A DNA stretch of 64,000 nt from contig JBBDPN010000001.1 of the NCBI GenBank assembly GCA_040876265.1, forward strand, positions 438,208-502,207. The letters are read 5' to 3'. This document shows, piece after piece, positions 16,052-25,296 of this stretch. The DNA is from Candidatus Woykebacteria bacterium. GTDB lineage: Bacteria > Patescibacteriota > Microgenomatia > Woykebacterales > RBG-16-39-9b. Under the pieces are notes generated by a model. That model was not told where the DNA came from, did not search any database, and was given only the letters and a program-made list of their open reading frames with translations. How positions within the stretch are numbered: position 1 is the stretch's first letter; each line of letters starts with the position of its first letter. The position numbers were made by a program, and so were the translations under genes.

Positions 16052-16240
16052 TTACTTTTTTTGAATTTGTTTCCAAAGCCAGACGATCCCTAGAACCAAA
16101 GCTATAATTACTAAAACCCAACTAATCCACCAGAATATCATCATAGTCCCAAACATAAAATTAGAATCACCACCCATATGACCAAAATAGATGGGTTCGG
16201 CTGAACCTGTTGCCTGATAAAACATGTGGGCTATTTCCAT
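16052..16240 (-). CDS. small membrane protein (63 aa) in cop operon
   Basis: SD AAGGAGGTG precedes the ATG at 16240. The sequence HMGGDSNFMFGTMMIFWWISWVLVIIALVL has a His/Met-rich N-terminus followed by a TM helix. Confidence 0.45.
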   Translation of the reverse strand: MEIAHMFYQATGSAEPIYFGHMGGDSNFMFGTMMIFWWISWVLVIIALVLGIVWLWKQIQKK

Positions 16241-16245
16241 TTTTT

Positions 16246-16506
16246 TCACCTCCTTTTGAATATCTCGACAATTTCCTTTACGGATTTTTCGCTTTCGTTG
16301 CCTTTGAAGGAGGGGACGACACACGTGTGAAGATGAGAATCAAGGATAATTTCTTCAATTTTTTTGAGTGACCCTTTTACGGCCTCTGTTTGTTGCAAGA
16401 CATCGATGCAATATCGATTATCATTCACCATTTCAGCAATTTTTTTCACATGACCGCTAGTTATATTCAATCTTTTGATCACGTCTTTTTTTGTTTCATT
16501 TCTCAT
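16246..16506 (-). CDS. csoR: CsoR/RcnR-family metal-sensing repressor
   Basis: The 86-aa protein carries a CIDVLQQ...HLHTCV arrangement of Cys/His ligands typical of CsoR (DUF156). Confidence 0.8.
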   Translation of the reverse strand: MRNETKKDVIKRLNITSGHVKKIAEMVNDNRYCIDVLQQTEAVKGSLKKIEEIILDSHLHTCVVPSFKGNESEKSVKEIVEIFKRR

Positions 16507-16514
16507 AGTTCTAT

Positions 16515-16532
16515 CCTACCCTGTAGGGTAGG
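16515..16532 (-). promoter_or_regulatory. putative CsoR operator (GC-rich palindrome CCTACCCTGTAGGGTAGG)
   Basis: A perfect inverted repeat lies 9 bp upstream of the csoR start. It resembles known CsoR boxes (TACCC...GGGTA). Confidence 0.5.
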
Positions 16533-16591
16533 GTCTGTCAATAGAGTAAAAGTACACACCACGATCAAGTTCTTTCTTGGAGTTAACCTGT

Positions 16592-17272
16592 CTAGATAAA
16601 TGTGGTTATTATTATAAGTGTGTAAACTAATACTCCAAATGCGAAATATTCTGGCCTCCCCTTGGCTTCTCTGGGGATAAAATCTATCATCGCTATATAG
16701 AGAAATATTCCAACCACCAGACCAAAAAGTAAGTTGAACAATTGGTCAAACCCCAGTAAAACCTCGGCAATTAACACTCCTATCAATGTGGACGCGGACA
16801 GAAGGATTTTTATGAATGGCCTCTCCCACACTCTTACATGTATTTTTTCCAAAGCTATAACACCTACAGAAGAATAAAAAAGTACCGGCAGGAAAAACAG
16901 AAACGAATCCAGGTTACTTATATTGTTCAGTCTCACCAAAATTACACCAATTAATAAGTGGTAAACAAAAAAGGCTAGTGAATGGAGAATGCCAAGCCTC
17001 TCCCTTAGTACCTGCGGTGCAGAGTGTTGATATATGTATTTTTCCGTTATATGGGCAATGGCAAAGCCTGAAAGAAGAGCGATAAAAATAAACCTATCGA
17101 ATACTTCAAATCCCTTGTAAACTTCTGGAAGCAAGTCCAGGAAAACATATGTAACTGAGATTCCAGCTACAAAGGAGATAAATCGTGTTCTTATGTATTC
17201 CTGACGTATCTGGATCTTTTCGTTCCAAAAGTGAGTGGCGCCTAGAAGTAGGCTGAAAACTACTGGCAGCAT
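16592..17272 (-). CDS. polytopic membrane protein, possible ZIP-like metal transporter
   Basis: About 7 predicted TM helices. LDLLPE and ILHSLAFFVYHLL are weakly ZIP-like. Its position next to the cop locus is suggestive only. Confidence 0.3.
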   Translation of the reverse strand: MLPVVFSLLLGATHFWNEKIQIRQEYIRTRFISFVAGISVTYVFLDLLPEVYKGFEVFDRFIFIALLSGFAIAHITEKYIYQHSAPQVLRERLGILHSLAFFVYHLLIGVILVRLNNISNLDSFLFFLPVLFYSSVGVIALEKIHVRVWERPFIKILLSASTLIGVLIAEVLLGFDQLFNLLFGLVVGIFLYIAMIDFIPREAKGRPEYFAFGVLVYTLIIITTFI

Positions 17273-17365
17273 ATTTTTATATTCGCAGATTTACACCTCT
17301 CTTGCAAATACTTCTAGGTTATTGTAACCTATAATCCTTAACTTACGGCCCACTGCCTAGAAATC

Positions 17366-18076
17366 ATGATTTCACTGAAAAATAAAAAACTTCTCGTAGT
17401 CGCTGCTCATCCTGACGATGAAACTCTAGGATGTGGCGGTCTCATTTCAAAAATAAAAGAGGTAGGGGGGAAGGTCTACGTCCCTTTCCTCACCAACGGT
17501 ACTACTCAAGATTTTTCGGCCAAAGGGATCTCAACTTCTAGAGAACGTGAGAAAGAAATAGAGTCTGTAGCTAACTTTCTCGACTATGATGATTACAAAA
17601 TATCTTTACCGGGCAACGAATATCACCTACAGCTGGACAAAATAGGCCAAAAACAGCTAATTCATGAGATAGAAAGAGGACAAGACATTTCCTTGGAGCA
17701 AATAAAACCCGATATTATTGCTTTTCACTCTCACAAAGATTACAACCAAGACCATGAAGCGGTGGCCAAAGCGGCCTTTTCTGCTTGCCGACCGGCGGTA
17801 AAAACAAGTAAATTTGTTCCTGAAACTATCCTTTCATTTGAAGAACCAATGGACTTTTGGTCCTTAGAACAAAACATCAATCCAAATTTTTTTGTTGAGC
17901 TCTCGCAAAAACAGCTGAATAAAAAACTCGCTGCGTTGAAGCTTTATAAGAGTCAACTAAAAGAGAGGGGCAACCCCAGACATCTGGATGCGATAAGATC
18001 GCTGGCAATCTACCGAGGATCGGCGATTGGAAAGATTTTTGCTGAGGGATTTTACTGCCACAAAATGCAAGCATGA
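17366..18076 (+). CDS. PIG-L/LmbE-family N-acetylglucosaminyl deacetylase
   Basis: AHPDDETLGCGG signature. Confidence 0.8.
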   Translation: MISLKNKKLLVVAAHPDDETLGCGGLISKIKEVGGKVYVPFLTNGTTQDFSAKGISTSREREKEIESVANFLDYDDYKISLPGNEYHLQLDKIGQKQLIHEIERGQDISLEQIKPDIIAFHSHKDYNQDHEAVAKAAFSACRPAVKTSKFVPETILSFEEPMDFWSLEQNINPNFFVELSQKQLNKKLAALKLYKSQLKERGNPRHLDAIRSLAIYRGSAIGKIFAEGFYCHKMQA

Positions 18077-18885
18077 GATATACAGGTATACAACCCCAAT
18101 ATTTCCCAAGGCTTCACTATTTTGCCAGAATATTAAATACTGATATATTTATGGCTCGGGATGACGTCCAATATGTGAAGAAGCATAAGTATCCGGACGG
18201 AAGAACCGATAAATCTTACCAGTCACACACACCAATAAAGCAATCCTTTGGCCGCCATTTACTCTCCGTACCGGTGGAAGATAAATTTTCCCCGATCAAT
18301 AAAACTTCTATTTCCTACGACCCAGATTGGGTAGCTGATCATCTGAAGACCTTGCAATTTGCCTACGGTCGGTCTGCAAATTTCAAAAAACTATTTCCCG
18401 AACTTGAGCAAGCCCTAACCGCAAAGTTTAAAACCATCGCTGATATTAACCTAGCCACTATAGTCTGGGGAATTTTACACTTACTTGGTGAGAAAGAGAT
18501 AAGTATCAAAAAATTAACAATTGGCTATGTTAATAATTTACTAGCAGATCAATCGATATTCCGTCTGAAAAAGATAAGTAGAGCCTCTTTTTCAGAAGCT
18601 GCCCGTGAAATAGAAAAACTGCATCCAAACGAGAAGATCATCGCTCTGTGCAAGGAAGTCGGTGCGACCGAAGATTATTGCGGCGGGACAGGAGCAACCG
18701 CCTATATGGACGAAACCTTTTATAAAGAAAGCGGTATAAAAATTAAAGTCCAGGACTGGAAGTGTGATGAATACCATCAACTATTCACTAAGCAGCAAGG
18801 TTTTATACCCAATCTTTCCATAATAGATCTACTAATGAACACCAGCTTAAAAGAGGCACAAAACATCATAGCCTCAAATGATTAG
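18073..18885 (+). CDS. WbqC-like family protein
   Basis: The N-terminus GIQPQYFPRLHYFARI...DDVQY matches the WbqC-like pattern. It overlaps its neighbours by 4 and 8 nt. Confidence 0.5.
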   Translation: MRYTGIQPQYFPRLHYFARILNTDIFMARDDVQYVKKHKYPDGRTDKSYQSHTPIKQSFGRHLLSVPVEDKFSPINKTSISYDPDWVADHLKTLQFAYGRSANFKKLFPELEQALTAKFKTIADINLATIVWGILHLLGEKEISIKKLTIGYVNNLLADQSIFRLKKISRASFSEAAREIEKLHPNEKIIALCKEVGATEDYCGGTGATAYMDETFYKESGIKIKVQDWKCDEYHQLFTKQQGFIPNLSIIDLLMNTSLKEAQNIIASND

Positions 18886-20137
18886 AAAAATCGCCGCTTT
18901 GCCAAAACGCTTGAAATTTTTATTATTGGTTGTCTCCGTAGTATTTTTGCTAGCTCTAACCGTCATTGCTATACATCTACTAGGCAATAAAGAGCCCACA
19001 GATCAACCATCTGACCCTAAACGAGATGTAATTGGCGCCAGTACACTTTCGCCCAATAGTCCTATCAGTGAAAGGCGAGCTGATCAGACAAAATTAAACG
19101 AAGGAATTACCAGTATAAAATCAAGTATAAAAGCAGAAAAATTTGTGCTAAAAATTCTCTATTACCGAGCTTCAATTCCTTATTGGGATCAACAAAGGGC
19201 TTTTGCATCTTTCAGGGAAAATGTCTCATCGTTTGATTACTTAACCCTTTTTTGGTACACATTGCGAGCCGATGGTAGTATCCGCAAATATATTTACGCG
19301 GTTGAGGATAAAACTATTATTGATTTCGCGCATAAAAATGGTGTGAAAGTATTTGGCTTGATCGCCAATTTGCCAGATGAGGATGAGGGCGGTAGTTGGG
19401 ATAGTGACCGAGTCGCAAAGGTGATTGGCTCTTCAAGCGCTCGCGCTAGCCATATCAATAATATAGTCAACCTCGCCGAAAAAATGAATTTTGATGGTAT
19501 TAGTATTGATTACGAAGAACTAGAAACTTCCCAGAAAAATAATTTTACTATTTTTATCCGTGATCTAGCTTCTGCTTTACATAAAAAAGGCAAGCTTCTG
19601 GGCCTGGCAATCCACCCAAAAACCAGTGAAGGAAAGCCGTCGGAGGACAACGGCTCCGCAGCCCAGGATCTTTTAGCGCTTTCTCTTGCCGCCGATCAAC
19701 TTTATTTCATGGCTTATGGCGAGCATTGGGACGACTCGGATGCTGGGCCAATTGCGGGAGTACCTTGGGTAAGTCGGGTGATAAATTACGCTTTGTCTAT
19801 CGGCGTACCTCGCAAGAAAATATTTATGGGTGTGCCGCTTTACGGCTTGGATTGGCCAAAAAATGGTGCTGGTTACGGCACGGCCAATGGTCTTACTTAT
19901 TCTGAGGTTGCTTCATTGTTAAAAACTTACAACCCAAAGGTAAGTATAGATACTATCGAAGGCGCGGCTCACTTTACCTATAAAAGTGGGGGCAAAACCC
20001 ACGAAGTTTGGTTTGAAAATTATCAAAGTATCCAGCCTAAGCTATCGTTTGCCAAAAGCCTAGGTATATCGGCCACTTTTTGGCGGCTGGGTGGTGAAGA
20101 TCCCCGCATCTGGCCCACCCTCAGCAGTTTCCGCTAA
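18878..20137 (+). CDS. membrane-anchored GH18-like glycosyl hydrolase (DxxSxDxE variant)
   Basis: An N-terminal TM helix is present. The segment FDGISIDYEEL aligns to the GH18 DGxDxDxE catalytic motif, with the middle Asp replaced by Ser. Confidence 0.5.
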   Translation: MIRKIAALPKRLKFLLLVVSVVFLLALTVIAIHLLGNKEPTDQPSDPKRDVIGASTLSPNSPISERRADQTKLNEGITSIKSSIKAEKFVLKILYYRASIPYWDQQRAFASFRENVSSFDYLTLFWYTLRADGSIRKYIYAVEDKTIIDFAHKNGVKVFGLIANLPDEDEGGSWDSDRVAKVIGSSSARASHINNIVNLAEKMNFDGISIDYEELETSQKNNFTIFIRDLASALHKKGKLLGLAIHPKTSEGKPSEDNGSAAQDLLALSLAADQLYFMAYGEHWDDSDAGPIAGVPWVSRVINYALSIGVPRKKIFMGVPLYGLDWPKNGAGYGTANGLTYSEVASLLKTYNPKVSIDTIEGAAHFTYKSGGKTHEVWFENYQSIQPKLSFAKSLGISATFWRLGGEDPRIWPTLSSFR

Positions 20138-20208
20138 TCTTGCATTACTACAGGATTTTCCTTATAATTCATCGGCAAAATTCAATATCAAAGAAAGGGA
20201 GGATCAAG

Positions 20209-20828
20209 TCGTGTCATTCGACCGCAAGGCTTATGCTTTGGAGGAACTCGCTAGACTTCTGTCGACTCTTGGACCCGAGGCAAGAATCCTGACGGAAAAC
20301 CTTCCCTACTCGGCAGTGGTGGGTTGGCCCTTTGTCCGCAGTGATGGTTCAGCGGGAATGCAGACTCGCACCCGTGTTTGGGACGGCGCCTTTGCGTTCG
20401 CGCTCGATGAAGAAACCCATAAGATGTTCGTGGTCCGACAGCAACGGGAAACGCCCGACGGTTTAATTCGAACAGTCGAGATACCGGGCGGCGGCATCGA
20501 CCCTGGTAATTCACCGCTCGAGCAAGCGATCGCCGAGCTCAAAGAAGAAACGGGAGTAGTTCCTACCTCCGATGAGGTGCACCAGTTCGGCCCAGTGAAG
20601 GGTTTCAACCCAATCGACGGGCTGATTTGGACCGAGCAGTACCCATTTCTGTTTCCGAAAGCTCGTAAGGAGCTTGAACCAGAATCCGGCCACGAAGTTC
20701 ACCTTATGTCTATCTCGGAAATTATTGAGATGGACAATAAGAACTTCTTCCGCGATCCGTACTCACCCTACGTGGTAAGACGAATCCAAGACTGGCTGAA
20801 GAAGAACCGGCCGGAACTGCTAACCTAG
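20209..20828 (+). CDS. NUDIX hydrolase; GC-rich relative to its surroundings
   Basis: NUDIX box GGGIDPGNSPLEQAIAELKEETG. SD AAGGGAGG precedes the GTG at 20209. GC is visibly elevated between about 20200 and 20830. Confidence 0.7.
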
Positions 20829-20848
20829 CCAAACAACTGCCTACAACG

Positions 20849-20883
20849 ATCGCTCCGTTTCTGCCAACGGAGCGATTTTTTTT
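20849..20883 (+). terminator. rho-independent terminator (11-bp stem ATCGCTCCGTT/AACGGAGCGAT + T8)
   Basis: A perfect hairpin followed by TTTTTTTT lies between convergent genes. Confidence 0.7.
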
Positions 20884-21631
20884 ATAGAGTAAATACTTTG
20901 TCCTTGAGGATCTCGGTGAGGATATTTTTTCGGGGGTATTCTTCTAGTAGTTCTTGATAAAACCCCTCACCATACTCTACCTTTATTTGCTGTCCGCGGG
21001 TGATTGCCCAACGGCGAGTTTTTTCTACAGCGTCCATTTTGCCTTTTTCCAGGAAACCCATCTGGCTCTTGTGGTTACCGAACGCCTTTAACTTTTGGTC
21101 TATTGTCTCTGAAATATCCACAATCGTGTTTACAGTAACGATCTGACCATCAGGACCAATCAAACCTTGCGGGTCAGTGTGATAAACATAAGGATATTTC
21201 TTTAAAGCTGGAGCCTTTGTACCCGCTGGGAAATTTGGGTGAGTGGTCTCCGGCACTGCCCAGAGAACAAGCTTACCCGTATGAAAATGGTCGGTCATGT
21301 AATCTGTGGTTGGGTGGGTTATTATCACGTCCGGTGAAAATTCTCTAATTAGTTTTACAACTTTCTTTGTAGTTTCCAGATCATAGCTCAAACTACCATC
21401 AGGCAAGCCTACGTTAATAAATTTTGCGCCAAGTACTTTGGCCGCCTTCTCTGACTCTTCTCTTCGTATTTTAACTATTTTTTCGGCAGGGAGTTGCCTA
21501 GAACCACACTCCCCAGCGGTAAGGGCGGCGATCAAAATCTCGCAACCTTCCTTGGCTAGCAGAGCAAGGGTACCCCCTGCAAATTGTTCTACATCATCTG
21601 GGTGCCCACCGATGGCTAATATCTTCTTCAT
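20882..21631 (-). CDS. PIG-L/LmbE-family deacetylase (second copy)
   Basis: GGHPDDVEQFAGG signature. Confidence 0.8.
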   Translation of the reverse strand: MKKILAIGGHPDDVEQFAGGTLALLAKEGCEILIAALTAGECGSRQLPAEKIVKIRREESEKAAKVLGAKFINVGLPDGSLSYDLETTKKVVKLIREFSPDVIITHPTTDYMTDHFHTGKLVLWAVPETTHPNFPAGTKAPALKKYPYVYHTDPQGLIGPDGQIVTVNTIVDISETIDQKLKAFGNHKSQMGFLEKGKMDAVEKTRRWAITRGQQIKVEYGEGFYQELLEEYPRKNILTEILKDKVFTL

Positions 21632-22914
21632 ACCTTTGCTACTCCCAACTGCTCGGCACTCCTGGTAGGTGGGACCCAGCGACCAGAGGAGGATCCGAAA
21701 AACCCAGGAATGATAGAGCTAAGCAGTACTAGTGAAACTACAAAATGCATAAAAAAGAAAAATAATCCGTAAATTATAAACTGCGGCTTGCGGTTGATCA
21801 AGCCAATCACCACCGTGACTGCGTAATCGATGAGAAAAGTGCCGACGAAAATATCACTCAAACTTAGGGTTTTGTAGGGCCCAATATGCTGATAAAGGTT
21901 GTTAAAGCTATCCAAGATAAAGCCCGCTCCAGCATACCAAGGAGAGAGTAGGTAAAGCAGTAAAAACGGCACGAACAAAACAAAGATGGAATTGGCGATC
22001 ACTTCAAAGGAGAACACGCCAAGGGTTAACCAAAAAAACGATGGCCAGATACCGTTTGCTCGAACTGTCTGGAAAAAACCAATATTCCAACGTCTGACCT
22101 GACCAACGTAATCTTTCAAATTGTCTGGGTATTGATCCCAGGCAATTAGGGAGGGGTGGTAACCAAGTTTTGCTAGCCTTTTTTTGTGGAATTGAAAAGC
22201 CAGATTGAAATCCTCGATTAAAATCCCTGGTGTATCGATTTGTAACTGTTTCAATATTTCCGATCGATAAATTGTACAAAAGCCCGGTATCACGTAGTTC
22301 ACGCTGGTATATTTCCAGGTCTGGCCAAAAATCAACAGGTACTGCAACATCCGGTTGAGCCTTTCCCTATAGGAAATAAAATAATATTTTAGGTTCGGTA
22401 TCCAATGCTGACGCCAAGTTATTTTTGAGGCTGCAAACACTACCCCAATATCCGCATCGTTGAAAAAAGGTAAGGCTTTTTTTATAAGTTCTCCATCAGG
22501 ACGAGTATCAGCATCTAGTATAAAAATTAGTTTGTATCTGTCAAAAAGCCGGAAGCGGCGCAGCAAATAAACCAACGCTCTTGCCTTACCACGACCAGGA
22601 TTTAGATACGAAACATGGCAGCCTTCCATGCGGGCGCGGCGATATGTTTTGTCAGTGCAGCCATCAGCCGCGACATAGATTTGCTTTGGACTGAGCATCT
22701 GCTTCAACGCTTTGATGGAACCCCGGATGACCAGTTCTTCATTGTGGGCTGGTAAGATAACAGCGATATCCTCTGGGTTCATCTTATTGGTACCGGTAAC
22801 CGGGTAAATAGATTTCCTAATAAATTTTTCCCAGATTAGCCGCAGCAGTCCAACGATCGACCAAAAAGCAATACTTATACCTATAGGTAAGCCAAAGGGG
22901 GAAATGGGTTTCAT
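21628..22914 (-). CDS. processive family-2 glycosyltransferase (PgaC/IcaA/cellulose-synthase-like), membrane
   Basis: LPAHNEE, DADT and QVRRW (the QxxRW motif) are present. TM helices flank the catalytic domain. Confidence 0.8.
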   Translation of the reverse strand: MKPISPFGLPIGISIAFWSIVGLLRLIWEKFIRKSIYPVTGTNKMNPEDIAVILPAHNEELVIRGSIKALKQMLSPKQIYVAADGCTDKTYRRARMEGCHVSYLNPGRGKARALVYLLRRFRLFDRYKLIFILDADTRPDGELIKKALPFFNDADIGVVFAASKITWRQHWIPNLKYYFISYRERLNRMLQYLLIFGQTWKYTSVNYVIPGFCTIYRSEILKQLQIDTPGILIEDFNLAFQFHKKRLAKLGYHPSLIAWDQYPDNLKDYVGQVRRWNIGFFQTVRANGIWPSFFWLTLGVFSFEVIANSIFVLFVPFLLLYLLSPWYAGAGFILDSFNNLYQHIGPYKTLSLSDIFVGTFLIDYAVTVVIGLINRKPQFIIYGLFFFFMHFVVSLVLLSSIIPGFFGSSSGRWVPPTRSAEQLGVAKV

Positions 22915-22916
22915 TT

Positions 22917-23873
22917 TTACCTCACAGTTTGGGATGTAGAGATGATTATAAGGCGGGACAGCCCGTCTTCCAAGCCAACACTTGGCGACCAGCCCAGAGA
23001 AGAAATTTTAGTGAGGTCTGGACGTCTAGACTGATGATCGTGAGCTGGTCTCTTTACATATGAAATTCCAACTTTACTGCTGAAAAGTCTGATCATAGTT
23101 TGGGCTAGGTCTTTTACAGCTATCTCTTTGACCCCACCAATATTATACGGTTCTCCGTTTTTACCCTCTCTCATCACCAGGAGTAACCCGTTTACTAAGT
23201 CAGCCACGTGGCAAAAAGTTCTCATCTGAGTTCCATCGCCATGAACAGTGAGAGGAGCACCTTTTTTTATTTGCTGAATATATTTTGGAATTATCCGTTC
23301 ATCCTTTTCGGACATATTAGGACCGTAAGTATTGAAAACCCTCACTATTTTTCCCCTCAAGCCGTATTTGCGAACATACATGATAACCAAACTTTCGGCC
23401 AGCCGTTTACCTTCCTCGTATGGGCTTCTGATCCCGATTGGGTCCACATTTCCAGAATAGCTCTCCTCCTGAGGAAAAACCTTTGGATCGCCGTAAACTT
23501 CAGATGAGCTAGTGAATAGAAATTTAGAGCCGCTTTTTCTCGCTATTTCAAGAATATTCCTAGTACCCACCGAACACGTCAACAGCATTTCTTCGGCCAA
23601 AGTAACTAGGTTTGGAACTCCGGTTGGACACGCCAGGTGGTAAATCTCTGAAAACCGCTCGTGGATCAAATCTTCTACCTGACCTGCATCCAAATTTACT
23701 ATATCTGCTCTGATAAATTTAAAGTTGGAGTCACCGGAGAATTTTCTTATATTTTTAGGTTCACCAGTAATAAAATTATCGATGCCGACAACGTAGTAGC
23801 TCTCTTTAAGAAGCCGTCCTACCAAATTGCTGCCTATAAAACCAGCTGCTCCGGTTACCAAAACTTTTTTCAC
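22917..23873 (-). CDS. UDP-glucuronate decarboxylase / NAD-dependent epimerase-dehydratase (UXS-like)
   Basis: VLVTGAAGFIGSNLV Rossmann motif. SSSEVYGDP...YEEGKRLAE matches UXS catalytic regions. Confidence 0.7.
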   Translation of the reverse strand: MKKVLVTGAAGFIGSNLVGRLLKESYYVVGIDNFITGEPKNIRKFSGDSNFKFIRADIVNLDAGQVEDLIHERFSEIYHLACPTGVPNLVTLAEEMLLTCSVGTRNILEIARKSGSKFLFTSSSEVYGDPKVFPQEESYSGNVDPIGIRSPYEEGKRLAESLVIMYVRKYGLRGKIVRVFNTYGPNMSEKDERIIPKYIQQIKKGAPLTVHGDGTQMRTFCHVADLVNGLLLVMREGKNGEPYNIGGVKEIAVKDLAQTMIRLFSSKVGISYVKRPAHDHQSRRPDLTKISSLGWSPSVGLEDGLSRLIIISTSQTVR

Positions 23874-25156
23874 GATAGCCTCTCTTCCCCAAATGAAACT
23901 TTGTCCTTTTTAAACTGTCTTAACACGTTCCTAGTATCAATGATTGGCACATCAACATCAGCGAAGAGTTCGTAAGGAATATTTTGGTGGTGGGTAGCAA
24001 TCACGATGACGTCTTGCTCTAGCACTAATTCCCTAGTTAATATAGATGAAGTAAAACCATTGTATTTTGGTACGTACGGATCAAAATAGTTGACCTCAAA
24101 ACCTTCTTTCTCTGCTTCCACCATTATTTTTAGGGCTGGAGATTCCCTGGTGTCAGCAGTATCCGGTTTGTAGGCAATACCAAGCAGAAGCATCTTTTTG
24201 TTCTTTGCGTCCGAGCGGCCATTGGTAAGCCCCTTTGCAGCTGCGACAATTTTTTTTGGCTGAAGGTCATTAACCAACACTGCTGATTTAAGTATAGGCA
24301 GGTCAATATTTTTACTTGCTGCTTCTTCAAGCAAATAAACAGGATCCACTGGTATACAGTGACCACCCACTCCGGGCCCAGGGTAATGAGGAAGGAAACC
24401 AAAAGGTTTTGTGGCGGCGGCATTTATTGCTTCCCAAATATCAATTCCGGCAGCGTCAGCGTAATGTTTCATTTCGTTTATAAAACTGACATTCACCAAC
24501 CGGAAGGAGTTTTCGAGCATCTTGGTTAGCTCGGCTACTTCTGGAGAGCTGGTTACGACAACCTCATCGACGAATTTAGAATAAAAAGCCGCTGTCAGTT
24601 GCGGTGCCGTCTTACCCAAACCACCCACTATCTTCGGAGTATTTTTTAGATGAAACTTAGCGTTCCCAGGATCCACTCGTTCCGGGGAGAAGGCAAGGAA
24701 AAAATCCTCCTCGTGTCTTCGACCGTGTAATGTCAGTAGCGGCAGAACAAAATTCCTAGTTGTACCCGGTGCGACTGTACTCTCGATAATTATCAGCTGG
24801 TTTTTGGTGTGAAACTTTGACAGGGCCTGGGCTGCCTGTTGAAGAAAGCGCAGATCCGGCTTTTTATTTTCGTCTAGGGGAGTGGGAACACAAATACAGA
24901 TCACTTCACATGTTTCCAGCTCTTCAATGAACTTGGATCCGATGAACAGTTTGTGCTCTATTCGGGAGTACTTACTCTCGTCCAAGTCGTAACCAAAGGT
25001 ACGAATACCGCTTTCAACTAGTGAGGCTGTCAGTGCTTGGCCAACATAACCAACACCAACTATCCCCACTCTTACTTTCCCGCTAGAGATCTTTTCTTCG
25101 AGCTCACTCGAAAAGACCCCACCGACAGTTTTTAATTCAAACTTAGATAATTCCAC
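23870..25156 (-). CDS. nucleotide-sugar dehydrogenase (UDP-glucose 6-dehydrogenase family)
   Basis: N-terminal GIVGVGYVGQ NAD motif. The central GGHC catalytic Cys region (GVGGHCIPVDP) is present. Confidence 0.8.
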   Translation of the reverse strand: MELSKFELKTVGGVFSSELEEKISSGKVRVGIVGVGYVGQALTASLVESGIRTFGYDLDESKYSRIEHKLFIGSKFIEELETCEVICICVPTPLDENKKPDLRFLQQAAQALSKFHTKNQLIIIESTVAPGTTRNFVLPLLTLHGRRHEEDFFLAFSPERVDPGNAKFHLKNTPKIVGGLGKTAPQLTAAFYSKFVDEVVVTSSPEVAELTKMLENSFRLVNVSFINEMKHYADAAGIDIWEAINAAATKPFGFLPHYPGPGVGGHCIPVDPVYLLEEAASKNIDLPILKSAVLVNDLQPKKIVAAAKGLTNGRSDAKNKKMLLLGIAYKPDTADTRESPALKIMVEAEKEGFEVNYFDPYVPKYNGFTSSILTRELVLEQDVIVIATHHQNIPYELFADVDVPIIDTRNVLRQFKKDKVSFGEERLS

Positions 25157-25296
25157 CCTCTTTGGTTCCTGGGCAGTCTAGCTATGAGCAGTTTGAAAAT
25201 TTAAAAAAGTGAGCAGAAGAGTAAGGGGCAGAGAGCAGAAAAGATAAATCTTTATATCATTCTAGTTCATCGCAGGTTCGCTGTCAATAGGAAAAA

